A stretch of DNA of 63,916 bases, filler included. It is 7 parts of 7 records of this genome, joined end to end, with 100 filler letters (N's around TTAATTAATTAA, not from the genome) between each part and the next. Parts side by side here need not be neighbours in the genome. Positions count along the whole stretch, not along the records: positions 25,780 to 33,080 come from SRR20825010_1295; positions 33,181 to 54,017 come from SRR20825010_1298; 5 more parts are not named here. The stretch is one strand, 5' to 3'. The first letter of the stretch is position 1. The number at the start of each line of letters is the position of its first letter. A program made the position numbers and the translations under genes. This document shows positions 29,098 to 39,733 of this stretch, piece after piece. The notes under the pieces are model-generated. The model had not been told where the DNA came from. It saw only the letters and a program-made list of their open reading frames with translations, and ran no database searches.

Positions 29098-29496
29098 TCA
29101 GCCGCGCGGCGCCCGCAATTCCGCCGCCGCCAGGATCAGCAGACCGCCAGCAATCGCCCAGTTCTTCACAAAGATCGACATCTGCCAGGGGTCGTCAGGC
29201 AGAAAGTGGAAAATGCTCGTCACCATGCAATAGCCGGCCAAGATCAATGCCGTCGGAACCAGAAAAAACCCCGTCACCAGAAAGATCGCCCCAAGCAGAT
29301 TAAGCGCCACGGCGGGCCAGATCAGGAATTCAACCCAATGGTGTGCCGCGAGCATTTGCTGGACGATTTCGGGCGCATAGATCTTTTGCGCGGCACCCGT
29401 CACGAAAAGTGCCGAGATGCAAAAGCGCCCCATCAGCACAAGGGCATCGGCCCCCATCGCGCGGCGGTGCGAAAGATGTGATGGACCTGTATCCAT
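29098..29496 (-). CDS. DoxX-family membrane protein
   Basis: GRF...F...GAQKI, TSIFH and FVKNWAIAGGLL motifs; GGAGG RBS. Confidence 0.85.
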   Translation of the reverse strand: MDTGPSHLSHRRAMGADALVLMGRFCISALFVTGAAQKIYAPEIVQQMLAAHHWVEFLIWPAVALNLLGAIFLVTGFFLVPTALILAGYCMVTSIFHFLPDDPWQMSIFVKNWAIAGGLLILAAAELRAPRG

Positions 29497-29734
29497 GACC
29501 TCCTCCGGATCAACAAAACGCCGAGCTGACGGCTAAGGTTGCCAGCCCGGCGCTACTCGTCACTGTGCGGGAAACACCCGCGCACTGGTCAAACCACAAG
29601 CCCGGCCAAACACATTGTGACCCGGACTGAACCCGCCGAAACCGGACTGATACGCCGGTTCTACGCGGTTCTGAAGTAAGCCACGTTTGGGTTGCAGAAA
29701 AGTTTCAAAAAAGATCTGAATTTGTTTAATTTTG

Positions 29735-29789
29735 AAAAGGTGCCGCCGGACCTTGCGGGTCAAAAAGGTGCCCCAGGACCTTGCGGATC
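29735..29789. repeat. Two 27-nt tandem repeats (period 28)
   Basis: AAAAGGTGCCGCCGGACCTTGCGGGTC and AAAAGGTGCCCCAGGACCTTGCGGATC, 24/27 identical. Confidence 0.7.
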
Positions 29790-29941
29790 AAGGAGAAGGA
29801 CGCGGTCGGAGCGCTTTACTTGGATATGACGATGCACCCGCCGACGGCGGTGTCGGTTCTAAAACAGGGGTTTGATCCTGCACCGCCGCACCCGGTTCGA
29901 ACAGGCCCACCAAACTCCTGCGGCGGCAGCCACAGAAACTG

Positions 29942-30634
29942 CTAGATTTCCTCGACCGTGCCGACAGCGCGGATTTCGCCTGTCGGGGCACCGTCAGGCG
30001 CGCCGCCGGGCGGTTCGTCAGAGATCGCAAGGGTCAGGCGGTCAATCTGCGCTGCAATTTCCGGCGGCAATTTCAGATGCGTCGCATCATCCGGCACCAG
30101 GCCAAGCGACACCGGTGCGGCATCGGGCAGCAAAGCCCAAAGTTCGAGCACACGCCCAGTCGGCGGGGCACCGGCAGTGCGGGTCACCGCGATACCCCCG
30201 CGGGATGGATCAAGCACCGCATAGACCTGCAAATTGTCGATCGTACCGGTCAGCTGGGTGCCATAGATGGGGCCGGCCACGGTTGGCGCATCGGGCCGCA
30301 GCATCGGCATGGCAAGGACCGCCAGCATCGCCAGCGAAGCAAAGGTCAGCCCCTGCCAAACCCAGAGCCGCTGCATGAAAGGCACGCGGGCCTTGGGGAA
30401 CAATGACCTGATCAGCGTCTTTTTGACCCGCGCAGGTGGTGCCACCGGCGCAATGTCATCGGTCAATGCAGCAAGGCGTTCCTGCCACGCGGCAACAGCA
30501 CCGGCGAACAGGCCGTCGCGGCGCGCACGTTCGCGGGCCAGCGTCAGGTTTTCTCCTTCGGACAGGCCCAGCGCATATTCGGCGGCCAGGAACGCGTCTT
30601 CCTCTTCGGGTGTGGGGGGTGGCAGATCCGTCAT
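29942..30634 (-). CDS. RskA-type anti-sigma factor
   Basis: LAAEYALG, single TM, LELW, PVSLG and LAISDEPPGGAPDGAPTG motifs; ATGA-coupled to the sigma gene. Confidence 0.88.
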   Translation of the reverse strand: MTDLPPPTPEEEDAFLAAEYALGLSEGENLTLARERARRDGLFAGAVAAWQERLAALTDDIAPVAPPARVKKTLIRSLFPKARVPFMQRLWVWQGLTFASLAMLAVLAMPMLRPDAPTVAGPIYGTQLTGTIDNLQVYAVLDPSRGGIAVTRTAGAPPTGRVLELWALLPDAAPVSLGLVPDDATHLKLPPEIAAQIDRLTLAISDEPPGGAPDGAPTGEIRAVGTVEEI

Positions 30635-31173
30635 TGGCTCATGCACTCCCTGAGGGAGATCAGCCCACGTCTGAGCCAGGTCCGCATCGTATTGAGCGGC
30701 ACTTTGAACCTTTCGGCCAGATCGGCATAGGTTTCGCCATCAAGATAGGCCCCACGAATGGCCGCGCTCCGGTCAGCCTCCATTGCATCCAGGCAGCCGG
30801 TCAATTTGCTGGCCTCGGAGGCCGCGATGGCCGATTGTTCGGGCGACGGACCGGTCGCGACAAGCTCCATGCCCGGCGTGTCAATATCCTGATGGCCCTT
30901 CTTGCGCGCACGCAGCCTGTCAATGGACGTATTCCGCGCGATGGTGATCAACCATGTCATCGGCGACAGGCCGTTCGCCTGATAGCGATCGGCGTTGTTC
31001 CAGACTTTGACAAAAGTATCCTGCATGGCGTCCTCTGCGGCGGCGCGTTTGTTCAACACACGCAGGCAAACACCAAAAAGTTTCGCACTGACACGATCAT
31101 AAAGCTCTTCGAACGCTGCACGGTCCTTCAGGGCCACCTGTGCGATCAGGCGCTCTATCTCTTCGCGGTCCAT
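30631..31173 (-). CDS. ECF RNA polymerase sigma factor (SigK-like)
   Basis: DRAAFEELY, AEDAMQDTFVKVW, WLITIARN..ID and PLNTMRTWLRRGL motifs. Confidence 0.92.
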   Translation of the reverse strand: MDREEIERLIAQVALKDRAAFEELYDRVSAKLFGVCLRVLNKRAAAEDAMQDTFVKVWNNADRYQANGLSPMTWLITIARNTSIDRLRARKKGHQDIDTPGMELVATGPSPEQSAIAASEASKLTGCLDAMEADRSAAIRGAYLDGETYADLAERFKVPLNTMRTWLRRGLISLRECMSQ

Positions 31174-31440
31174 ATTCTTAATCGGTCTCCGCCCAGCGAC
31201 AAACTTCAGGCGCGCGGAAAAAACCTCCCGCGCTAAAGGTAATCTGAGGCATTTGGCCCGTAAGTCAAACAGGCATTCCGCAAATCTTGCCCCTGCTCAC
31301 CCCTCATGCGCCCCATGGCGGACAGATACCGACCCCGCCAATCGGGCGAGCTGGCCTTTGGCATTTTACAGAAGTTTACCCGGCACTGCATTCTGCGGTA
31401 CGGGAGGATCAGGACGGTCAATCGAATCGGGAATGCGACG

Positions 31441-32643
31441 ATGGGTGCTGCTGCACGATCCTCATACGATGTTGTGATAATTGGCGGTGCCATGCACGGG
31501 TCGGCGCTGGCCTGGTGGCTGACCCGAACGCCGGGCTTTGACGGCAGCATTCTGGTGGTGGAACGCGACCCCAGCTATGAGTTTGCATCGACCAGCCATA
31601 CGAATTCCTGCATCCGGCAGCAATTCACCAACGAGGCCAACATCCGCGTGTCACAGTTCGGCGCGGAATTTATCAAGAATTTCCGTGACTTCATGGGCGG
31701 TAACCCGGACGTGCCGCACCTGACCCTGCAAAGTTTCGGGTATCTTTATCTGGCCGATACGCCGGAATTCGCCAACACCCTGCATCAGGCCCAGCAAGTG
31801 CAGGCCGCGCTGGGTGCGCAGACCCGCCACATGACGCGCGACCAGATCGCCGCCGCCTATCCGTTCTATGCCCTCGACGACATCCTTGCGGGCAACCACA
31901 ATACCGTGGACGAGGGGTATTTCGACGGTGGCACCATGTTCGACTGGTTCAAGCGCATGGCCCGCCGCGCCGGGGTCGAATACATCCACGATGAAGTGAC
32001 CGCGATGACCCTGAACGACAACAGGACCGAGGTGCAGAGCGTCACCCTGAAATCGGGCGTCACGCTGTCCTGCGGGACAGTGGTCAATGCCTCGGGCCCT
32101 CGCGCGCTTGCCACCGCAAGGATGGCCGGGCTGGACCTGCCGGTGTACCCCCGCAAGCGCTATTCCTTTGTTTTTGATGCCGCGCATCCGCTGGACCGGG
32201 ACCTGCCGCTGACCATCGACCCTTCGGGCGTTCATGTGCGTTCCGAGGGGAAATATTACCTCGCCGGCTGCCCCCCGGAGGACGACCCCGATGTGACCTA
32301 TGACGATTTCGGCTTTGATCACAGTCTCTGGCTGGACAAGGTCTGGCCAGCCATCGCCACCCGCATTCCGGCGTTCGAAGAGGTCAAGGTGATCAATGAA
32401 TGGGTCGGGCATTATGCCTATAACACCTTCGACCAGAACGCGATTGTCGGCCCGCACCCCGTGCTGTCAAATTTCATCTTCGTGAACGGTTTTTCCGGCC
32501 ATGGCCTGCAACAAGCTCCCGCCATCGGACGCGGGGTGGCGGAATGGATCACCTATCGCGAATACCGCAGCATTGACCTGAGCGCCTTTGCCTATGATCG
32601 CATCGGGGCACAGAAATCATTCCTCGAAAAAGCGATAATCTGA
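31441..32643 (+). CDS. FAD-dependent oxidoreductase (DAO/sarcosine oxidase beta-like)
   Basis: DVVIIGGAMHGS, IRQQF, VVNASGP, DQNAIVG and GFSGHGLQQAPAIG motifs. Confidence 0.9.
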   Translation: MGAAARSSYDVVIIGGAMHGSALAWWLTRTPGFDGSILVVERDPSYEFASTSHTNSCIRQQFTNEANIRVSQFGAEFIKNFRDFMGGNPDVPHLTLQSFGYLYLADTPEFANTLHQAQQVQAALGAQTRHMTRDQIAAAYPFYALDDILAGNHNTVDEGYFDGGTMFDWFKRMARRAGVEYIHDEVTAMTLNDNRTEVQSVTLKSGVTLSCGTVVNASGPRALATARMAGLDLPVYPRKRYSFVFDAAHPLDRDLPLTIDPSGVHVRSEGKYYLAGCPPEDDPDVTYDDFGFDHSLWLDKVWPAIATRIPAFEEVKVINEWVGHYAYNTFDQNAIVGPHPVLSNFIFVNGFSGHGLQQAPAIGRGVAEWITYREYRSIDLSAFAYDRIGAQKSFLEKAII

Positions 32644-32677
32644 ATATTGCTTCTCTGATCAACGAAAGGCCAATACA

Positions 32678-33080
32678 ATGAAATTCAAGAAACTTGTGCT
32701 GACAGGGGCTGCCGGGCGACTGGGGTCCTACCTGCGCGAACCGCTGTCGAAAATGTGTGACGAACTGCTGAGCACCGACATCGCCGAGGAGATCGGAACG
32801 CTCTATCCCGGTGAAAGCTACGTCCGCGCCGATCTGGCAAAATTCGATGAGATCCACCCGCTGCTGGAAGGTGCCGACATGGTGGTGCATTTCGGCGCAA
32901 TCGTGGATGAAAAACCGTTTGAGGAACTGCTGGGGCCGAACTTCATCGGGTCCTACAACATCTGGGAAGCAGGCTATCAGCATGGCGTGCGCCGGATCGT
33001 CTATGCGTCCTCCATCCATGCGGTGGGCATGCACAAGAAGCGCGATTTCATCGGCACTGATGCGCCGCACCGGCCCGACA
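32678..33080 (+). CDS. NAD-dependent epimerase/uronate dehydrogenase-like, 5' part (truncated)
   Basis: LTGAAGRLG, VVHFG, YASSIHAVG and PHRPD motifs. Confidence 0.8.
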
Positions 33081-33180
33081 NNNNNNNNNNNNNNNNNNNN
33101 NNNNNNNNNNNNNNNNNNNNNNNNTTAATTAATTAANNNNNNNNNNNNNNNNNNNNNNNNNNNNNNNNNNNNNNNNNNNN
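33081..33180. other. Artificial contig spacer
   Basis: N44-TTAATTAATTAA-N44. Confidence 0.99.
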
Positions 33181-33229
33181 TACCCGATCATTCCTGCCGA
33201 CCTGCTTAGAACGTGTGTCGTACAGAAAC

Positions 33230-34222
33230 CTATTGTGGGAAAGTGGTGACTTCACCGTCGTAGCGGCAACACAATTGTTTCAGCAGTAAAAAGTCGATCG
33301 AATCGGTGATGAATTGAACGCTCGCATCACCCATCACCACATTGATTCCGCCGGTGTGCATGGAATTGATCACCGTGTTGTTTCGATACATGCGGTCGGT
33401 TGCTCCCGTTTGCACAATTTGCGAGTTCGGTGCGAATCGAACGCAAGTTGTTCCGGTTTGCCAAAGGTCCCAGCTGCTGGGGCCGTCGACTGGACGTGGG
33501 TGTCTCGAACCCATCCATCCACCGTAGTAGTTTGATGTGCGGTTCACCCCGTCGACCCATCCGGATTGCTCTGCGATCATGATGGCATTGGTCGTCCCGT
33601 CGACAACGTCACGCATCTTGATTTTTCCATTGGCGAACAGCATTCCGTTATTGGACGACCAACCGTGACCAAGGTCAGCGGTTCCCTTGTTTGGGTCGCC
33701 ACCAGGGACCGGCCGAGCGGCGCCTTGGATTCCGACATACATGATGTTCATGGCACCTTCGGAATTGTTCGATACCGGCGCGTTCTCGAACATATCAATC
33801 GCGGATGAGGGGCATGCGTAAGTTGGAACGGCAAGATATTTCAGGATTTCGTTGCCTTTGAGTGCATCCGCACCGGCTGCGCCACCGGCCATGAAGTGAG
33901 ACGAATAGCTGAACTCAAGCTGGTCGTGAATGTTGCCTTGTTCGAGAAATGGAAGAATCAATGCGCGCCAATTTGATCCGCTGGCGGGCCAAGTCTCTCG
34001 AAGGTTATATGAACCAAGAGGAAAGCTTGACATCGTGTCGTGATAGTTGTGCATCGCTAAACCAAGTTGTTTCATGTTGTTAGAACAACTCATTCTTCTT
34101 GCGGCTTCTCTTGCAGATTGGACTGCGGGAAGAAGGAGTCCAACCAAGACACCGATGATCGCTATGACAACCAATAGCTCGACCAAAGTGAATCCAGAGT
34201 TTGCATGTTGCTTCTGACGCAT
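33230..34222 (-). CDS. DUF1559 prepilin-type planctomycete protein
   Basis: GFTLVELLVVIAIIGVLVGLLLPAVQSAREAARRMSCSNN; DGTTN..E; SMHTGGINVVMGDASV. Confidence 0.95.
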   Translation of the reverse strand: MRQKQHANSGFTLVELLVVIAIIGVLVGLLLPAVQSAREAARRMSCSNNMKQLGLAMHNYHDTMSSFPLGSYNLRETWPASGSNWRALILPFLEQGNIHDQLEFSYSSHFMAGGAAGADALKGNEILKYLAVPTYACPSSAIDMFENAPVSNNSEGAMNIMYVGIQGAARPVPGGDPNKGTADLGHGWSSNNGMLFANGKIKMRDVVDGTTNAIMIAEQSGWVDGVNRTSNYYGGWMGSRHPRPVDGPSSWDLWQTGTTCVRFAPNSQIVQTGATDRMYRNNTVINSMHTGGINVVMGDASVQFITDSIDFLLLKQLCCRYDGEVTTFPQ

Positions 34223-34749
34223 CGACAAATCCTTAGGTGAGAGATTCGATTCCGTGATTGGACACAGGCAATCGAAACATAAGGTGAAGGAGGGAAGAAT
34301 CCTTCCCGAAAGATCGCTTCGTCGAGTGAGTTTTGGACTCCGCCCATTCACTTGCATCACTCAGGCGGAGAACAGGCAAAGGCAAAGGCAATGCCAAAGC
34401 GTCCAGGTGCCGGACGGAACCAACTCAAGAGGTACGCGGCGGGGAGATGAGGCGCGGTGTGGTCGCGTAATGCTGCCACGGGGACCGTTAGTTTCATGAC
34501 AAGAAGGAAGCAACCGAGCGTGTTCTAAACGCGGCGTTGCCTAGGTCATGCGCACAGCCGTAGCATGCGTGTCTTAATTGTGAGCAGCCCCCCGCATCGG
34601 TCGGATGCATCTGCACAGTATTCGTCAACATCGTTGCTAGACGACTGAGTTGACTTGGTGTTTTAGGTAGATTGTGAGAGCCAGTTTTGTGCGGGCACAC
34701 CGCGTTGGTTGACCAGATCGATTGGTCCGAGTTCGATTCGAAGGTCTGC

Positions 34750-36012
34750 TTAGACTTGTCCAGTCGCTGCTGACTCGAACGCGTCGAAAAGACTCAACTG
34801 GACTGATTTGGGACGCAGGCGATCCCGTAGTCCAACGCTGTCCAGGCTGAGTGGTTCCGGGTGACGATCTGACGTGATCAAGAAGGGACGTGCTTTTTTG
34901 TACGAGACGCCAATTCGAATCAGGTCTTCATCGCGGATGGCGTGATGACGTCGCGTGTTGAGAATACGTTTGACGCCTCGCTCCCCGATTCCTGGAACTC
35001 GTAGCAACATCTCTCTCGACGCTCGATTGACATCGATCGGAAACGACTCGCGATTGCGAAGTGCCCAAGCGAGTTTGGGATCGATGTCTAAATCGAGGTT
35101 TTGCGATTCCGGAGTTGTCAGTTCCGATGCATCGAACCCATAGAACCGCAGCAGCCAATCGGCTTGGTACAAACGATGCTCACGGACCAACGGAGGCGAC
35201 ATGCCCGGCAGACGAGCGTTCGCATGCGGAATCGGGCTGTACGCGGAGTAATAGACACGACGCAGTTGATGTGTGCCGTACAGTACCGACGAAGTGTTCA
35301 GGATGTCTTGATCGGTTGAGTCGGTTGCACCAACGATCATTTGTGTGCTTTGGCCAGCGGGGACGAATTGCGGCACACGAAGGCCTCGTTTTCGATCCGA
35401 GGTGATTTCTTCTCGTTTGATTTTTATCCGGTCCATCGACTGTTCGATCGCCGGGCGTTTCTTTTCTGGTGCAAGGGTTTTTAAGTCGCCGACTGTCGGT
35501 AGTTCGATGTTGATGCTCAGCCGGTCAGCGTATTGACCCGCCGTCTCGATCAAGTCATCCGCAGCGTTTGGAATTGTTTTCAAATGGATGTAGCCGCGGA
35601 ACGACTCTCGCTCACGAAGCGTTTTCGCGACCTCGATCATTTGCCCCATCGTGTAGTCGGAATCTTGGATGATTCCGCTGCTGAGAAACAACCCTTCGAT
35701 GTAATTGCGGCGGTAAAAATCCATCGTTAGCTTGACGACTTGCTCCGGAGTGAACCGAGCCCGCGGGGTGTCGCTGCTGATTCGGTTGACGCAGTACTGG
35801 CAATCGTAGATGCAGTAGTTCGTCAGCAGGATCTTCAGCAGGGAAACGCAGCGTCCGTCGGGCGTGTACGAGTGGCAAATCCCCATTCCTTCGGTGCTGC
35901 CCAAACCGCCCTTCGATTCGCGTTTCGAGCCACTGCTGGCGCAGGAGGCATCGTATTTCGCGGCGTCAGCGAGGATCGCCAGTTTTCCGTTGATGTCCGA
36001 TGGTGACGGCAT
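34750..36012 (-). CDS. Putative DNA modification/repair radical SAM protein (TIGR03916-like)
   Basis: KLAILADAAKYDASCASSG, GICHSYTPDGRC, CIYDCQYC, REHRLYQADWL and HhH LRVPGIG. Confidence 0.92.
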   Translation of the reverse strand: MPSPSDINGKLAILADAAKYDASCASSGSKRESKGGLGSTEGMGICHSYTPDGRCVSLLKILLTNYCIYDCQYCVNRISSDTPRARFTPEQVVKLTMDFYRRNYIEGLFLSSGIIQDSDYTMGQMIEVAKTLRERESFRGYIHLKTIPNAADDLIETAGQYADRLSINIELPTVGDLKTLAPEKKRPAIEQSMDRIKIKREEITSDRKRGLRVPQFVPAGQSTQMIVGATDSTDQDILNTSSVLYGTHQLRRVYYSAYSPIPHANARLPGMSPPLVREHRLYQADWLLRFYGFDASELTTPESQNLDLDIDPKLAWALRNRESFPIDVNRASREMLLRVPGIGERGVKRILNTRRHHAIRDEDLIRIGVSYKKARPFLITSDRHPEPLSLDSVGLRDRLRPKSVQLSLFDAFESAATGQV

Positions 36013-36276
36013 GAAGTCTCGCGTTGGGTGGATGCCGCAGGATTGGTTTCGCGGCGAGTTGTTCATTGGAACGGTGAAGTTGCAAACCTTGCGCCCGATG
36101 GTTTGACCGGGTGTGGCAATGCATTGAATGCTCCGCACCATCCATTCGTTAGAACCGTTAAAACAGCGCCGAGTTGACAGGCGGGGATGGTCGAATCGGC
36201 GGTTTTTTCGAGAATCCTTTGACGTCGTCGAAAAGATTGGGTTTGCTGATGACGGCCGCTGAAACTACGACGGCCC

Positions 36277-37560
36277 ATGCTCAACGAACAAGGATTCAAA
36301 TTGTCTTTCTACGTCTTTTTGCTGGTTTTGGTATCGCTCTGCTGCGGTTCCGTCCCGGGTTGGTCGGAACCGTCGTTCCGGTCGGTGATTGCCAGCGTCG
36401 CGTTGGTGGCGGGATGGACGATTCTGTGTCATACGGCCGCTCGAATGATGGTGTTGCAGGTCAGGCGTGGGCACATGCGAATTCGAGACGCGAGCCGGAT
36501 GCTTGAGGTTCAGCTAGACATTTTCCGTTGGTTGGGGCTGCCCGTGGTGCTGACTTGTCTCGGTGCGTTTTCACTGGCGGCCTGGTCCCGCGAACAGCCG
36601 ATTTTGGAGTCCAGCATGATGCTGCAATCCGTCGTTCTGCTGATGCCAGGCATCACCATTCTGCTGGCGACTTGGTCCGCCGAGCATGTCTTCGGGGCTC
36701 GGCTGGGTCTAACCGACTCGTCGCTGCGAAACTACTTTGTCTCGTTATGGTCAGGACTCCGGGCAGGTCCCGTTTGGTTGATCATTCCAACGATGCTCTT
36801 TCTGCTGTTGGGTGATTTGGCAGAATGGAGTCAACCGATCGCTACGGGCAATGCGGTCGCAATCGGTATCGGAGTGGGAATCGCGGCGATCGCATTTTTG
36901 CTGCCATGGATCGTGAGCCGAGTCATTCGTCAGGAAACCATGGCTCCCGCCGATCGCGAATCGATCACTTTGTGGCTCAACCGCGTGGGCGTGCGAACCG
37001 AGGGATGGTCTGCGATGCGGGTCGTCCGATGGAACACCAACGGACGTGTCTTCAATGCTTTGGTGGCGGGTTTGTTTCGTCCCGGACGAATGCTGTTGTT
37101 GTCCGATCGCGTGATTGACGAATTGCCTCGAGGTCAGTTGTTGATGGTCGTCATGCACGAGGTGGCTCATGTGCGGCGCTGGCACGTTCCGATCCGGATG
37201 GCAGCCGTCGCACCAGCGTGGTTTGTTTCGATTTGGGTTGGGTCGTTGTTCACGAATGAATCCTGGGGAGCAACCGTTGGCGGGTTGACTGGATTGGTGT
37301 TGACCGTCGGGACTTTGAGTGCCGTTGCGTATTTGACGGAATGGGACGCTGACGCGGTCGCTTGCAAGTTGGCTGTCAAAGCCGGCGGCCAAGCCGATGG
37401 GATGCCAGCGACGGAAGCCGAAGCGGCTGGAATGATGGCCGCGGCCCTGGGCCGAGTCACGGCGGGACATCCCGCGGCACGTCGAGCGAGTTGGTTGCAC
37501 CCCAGTTTGGCGATGCGAGTCAAACGGTTGGCCAAACCGCCTCGCATGCATCTGATTTGA
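36277..37560 (+). CDS. M48-family membrane metallopeptidase
   Basis: Multiple TMs; NALVAG, HEVAH, EWDAD and HPSL..R motifs. Confidence 0.85.
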   Translation: MLNEQGFKLSFYVFLLVLVSLCCGSVPGWSEPSFRSVIASVALVAGWTILCHTAARMMVLQVRRGHMRIRDASRMLEVQLDIFRWLGLPVVLTCLGAFSLAAWSREQPILESSMMLQSVVLLMPGITILLATWSAEHVFGARLGLTDSSLRNYFVSLWSGLRAGPVWLIIPTMLFLLLGDLAEWSQPIATGNAVAIGIGVGIAAIAFLLPWIVSRVIRQETMAPADRESITLWLNRVGVRTEGWSAMRVVRWNTNGRVFNALVAGLFRPGRMLLLSDRVIDELPRGQLLMVVMHEVAHVRRWHVPIRMAAVAPAWFVSIWVGSLFTNESWGATVGGLTGLVLTVGTLSAVAYLTEWDADAVACKLAVKAGGQADGMPATEAEAAGMMAAALGRVTAGHPAARRASWLHPSLAMRVKRLAKPPRMHLI

Positions 37561-37678
37561 TCGACGCTGGCTTCGCATCTTCATGATGGTCGCGTTGAGA
37601 TAGGGAAGGACTGGAGAAAGGCTTTGAGTTAGAATCGTGTTCCCTCACACCTTTCCCACCTGAAGAAGAGCCTTTTGC

Positions 37679-39733
37679 ATGCGTTCCCGCCATCTTCTGT
37701 GTTTGTTCGTTGGACTGATGGTTTGGTCCAATTCGCTCGCACCCACCCCAGCCAACGCTGCGGACTCCGCCAGCCAACCAAACATTCTTTTCGTCTTGTA
37801 CGATGATCTTGGTTGGGGCGATCTGGGGTGCTACTACCAGAACGAATCCAAGCATGATCGCACGCACCAAACACCGCACTGGGATGCGATGGCTGCCGAA
37901 GGTCTGCAGATGCGGAACCACTATTGCCCGGCTCCCGTGTGCGCCCCCAGCCGCGCGTCGCTGTTGACCGGCGTGCATCAGGGACATGCGTCGATCCGAG
38001 ACAATCAGTTCGACAAAGCGTTGCCCGACGTTCCGACGGTCGCATCGGTTCTGAAAAGCGTTGGCTACACGACCGCGCTCGTCGGTAAGTATGGTTTGCA
38101 GGGCGAAGGCAACAGCGCCGAAAATTGGCCTGCGTACCCGACCAAACGCGGCTTTGACGAATTCTTTGGCTATGTGCGTCACCGCGACGGCCACAACCAC
38201 TATCCCGCCGACAAGTGGCCGATTGCCAATGGCGAGGCACACGCCAACCCCGTCGAGTTGTGGCACAACGACGACGAAATCTCATCTCAACTGAAAGGCT
38301 GCTACACGGCTGATTTGTTCACCGCCAAAACAAAAAGGTTGTTGGTTGAACACCAATCGCAATCTGCCGACGAGCCATTCTTCGTCTTTCTTTCCTACGA
38401 CACACCTCACGCATCAATCCAATATCCCTCGGCGCCCTATCCAGAAGGCAAAGGCGTCAACGGCGGCGTGCAGTGGCTCGGTGAGACCGATCGCATGATC
38501 AACACGGTCGGACCGATCGATTCCTACAAGCACCCGGACTACGCCAACCAAGGTTGGACAGATGCCGAGGTCCGGTTCGCGACCAGCGTCCGACGGCTCG
38601 ACGATCTGATGGGCGACCTGTTGCAAACACTTCGTGACTTGGAACTCGAAGAAAATACCTTGGTGGTTTTTTCCAGTGACAACGGGCCGCACAGCGAGTC
38701 CTATATTCAAAACGTGAACTACGCACCGACATCGTTTCAGTCGTACGGGCCGTTTGATGGGATGAAGCGAGATTGTTTTGAGGGTGGGATTCGTGTCCCG
38801 ACCGTTGCTTGGTGGCCTGGAAAGATTGCAGCTGGAATCGATCAAAGCCCAAGCCAATTCCACGATTGGTTAACCACCTTTGCTGATTTGGCGGGAGCAA
38901 ACGTTCCGGCTCGAGCAGACGGTGTTTCGCTGGTTCCCACGTTGTTGAAGAAGGGCCAGCAAGCTACTCCGACGACTTACGTTGAGTACTTCAACGGAGG
39001 CAAGACGCCGAACTACGAAGACTACGAGCCATCACGCCGCGGTGCTCGTCGTGGTCAGATGCAAGCAATCTTCATGAACGGCTACAAAGGGGTTCGGCAC
39101 AACATCCAATCGCATGCGGATCCGTTTGAGATCTACGACGTCGCCAAAGATCCTGGCGAAGCCAACAATTTGGCTGGGACGTCCCCCGAGATGGAAAAGC
39201 TGCAACAACGAATGCATGACCGGGTGCTTCAGCTTCGATCGGCCAACGCGACTGCCGAGCGTCCTTACGATGGCGAACCCATCCCGGCGGACGAATCATT
39301 GAATGCTGATGCTCCGATGGTGGTCACTTATTGTCCGACAAAAACATTCATTGTTTCGCGTTTGGATCCTGCTCAATCGACGAAGGTCGACATTGAAGGA
39401 TTGGATCTCGCCGACGCTGTTCGCTCAGCCGGCCAAGGCAACGCACGCGTGCAAACGGTTCTGAATGTCGCCAAAACAGGGCGATACGAGTTGCGATTGA
39501 AGGCGACCGGCGATGCTGTTTTGAGAGTGCATGATGCTGCTTTGATTGACACCACCGGCCATGACAAAACGGATGCATCGGTTGAAGTCACGCTGGAAGC
39601 TGGTACGCACCCGGTTGACATGATCGTCCGTTTGGCGGGCAATGATTCCGTTCCCGCATTGGAACTGAACGAGCTGCCAGACGCTCCGAAAAAGTCACGC
39701 AAACCAGCCAAACAGAATAGGAAATCCAAATGA
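37679..39733 (+). CDS. Secreted sulfatase with C-terminal beta domain
   Basis: PNILFVLYDDLGWGD, CAPSRASLLTG formylglycine motif, SDNG and EGGIRVP. Confidence 0.95.
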   Translation: MRSRHLLCLFVGLMVWSNSLAPTPANAADSASQPNILFVLYDDLGWGDLGCYYQNESKHDRTHQTPHWDAMAAEGLQMRNHYCPAPVCAPSRASLLTGVHQGHASIRDNQFDKALPDVPTVASVLKSVGYTTALVGKYGLQGEGNSAENWPAYPTKRGFDEFFGYVRHRDGHNHYPADKWPIANGEAHANPVELWHNDDEISSQLKGCYTADLFTAKTKRLLVEHQSQSADEPFFVFLSYDTPHASIQYPSAPYPEGKGVNGGVQWLGETDRMINTVGPIDSYKHPDYANQGWTDAEVRFATSVRRLDDLMGDLLQTLRDLELEENTLVVFSSDNGPHSESYIQNVNYAPTSFQSYGPFDGMKRDCFEGGIRVPTVAWWPGKIAAGIDQSPSQFHDWLTTFADLAGANVPARADGVSLVPTLLKKGQQATPTTYVEYFNGGKTPNYEDYEPSRRGARRGQMQAIFMNGYKGVRHNIQSHADPFEIYDVAKDPGEANNLAGTSPEMEKLQQRMHDRVLQLRSANATAERPYDGEPIPADESLNADAPMVVTYCPTKTFIVSRLDPAQSTKVDIEGLDLADAVRSAGQGNARVQTVLNVAKTGRYELRLKATGDAVLRVHDAALIDTTGHDKTDASVEVTLEAGTHPVDMIVRLAGNDSVPALELNELPDAPKKSRKPAKQNRKSK

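Noticed and set aside
31240-31262. ECF-type promoter TAATCT-N13-CGTA next to the sigma gene
   Set aside because: The spacer looks too short for the SigK-like consensus and there is no second copy to support it.
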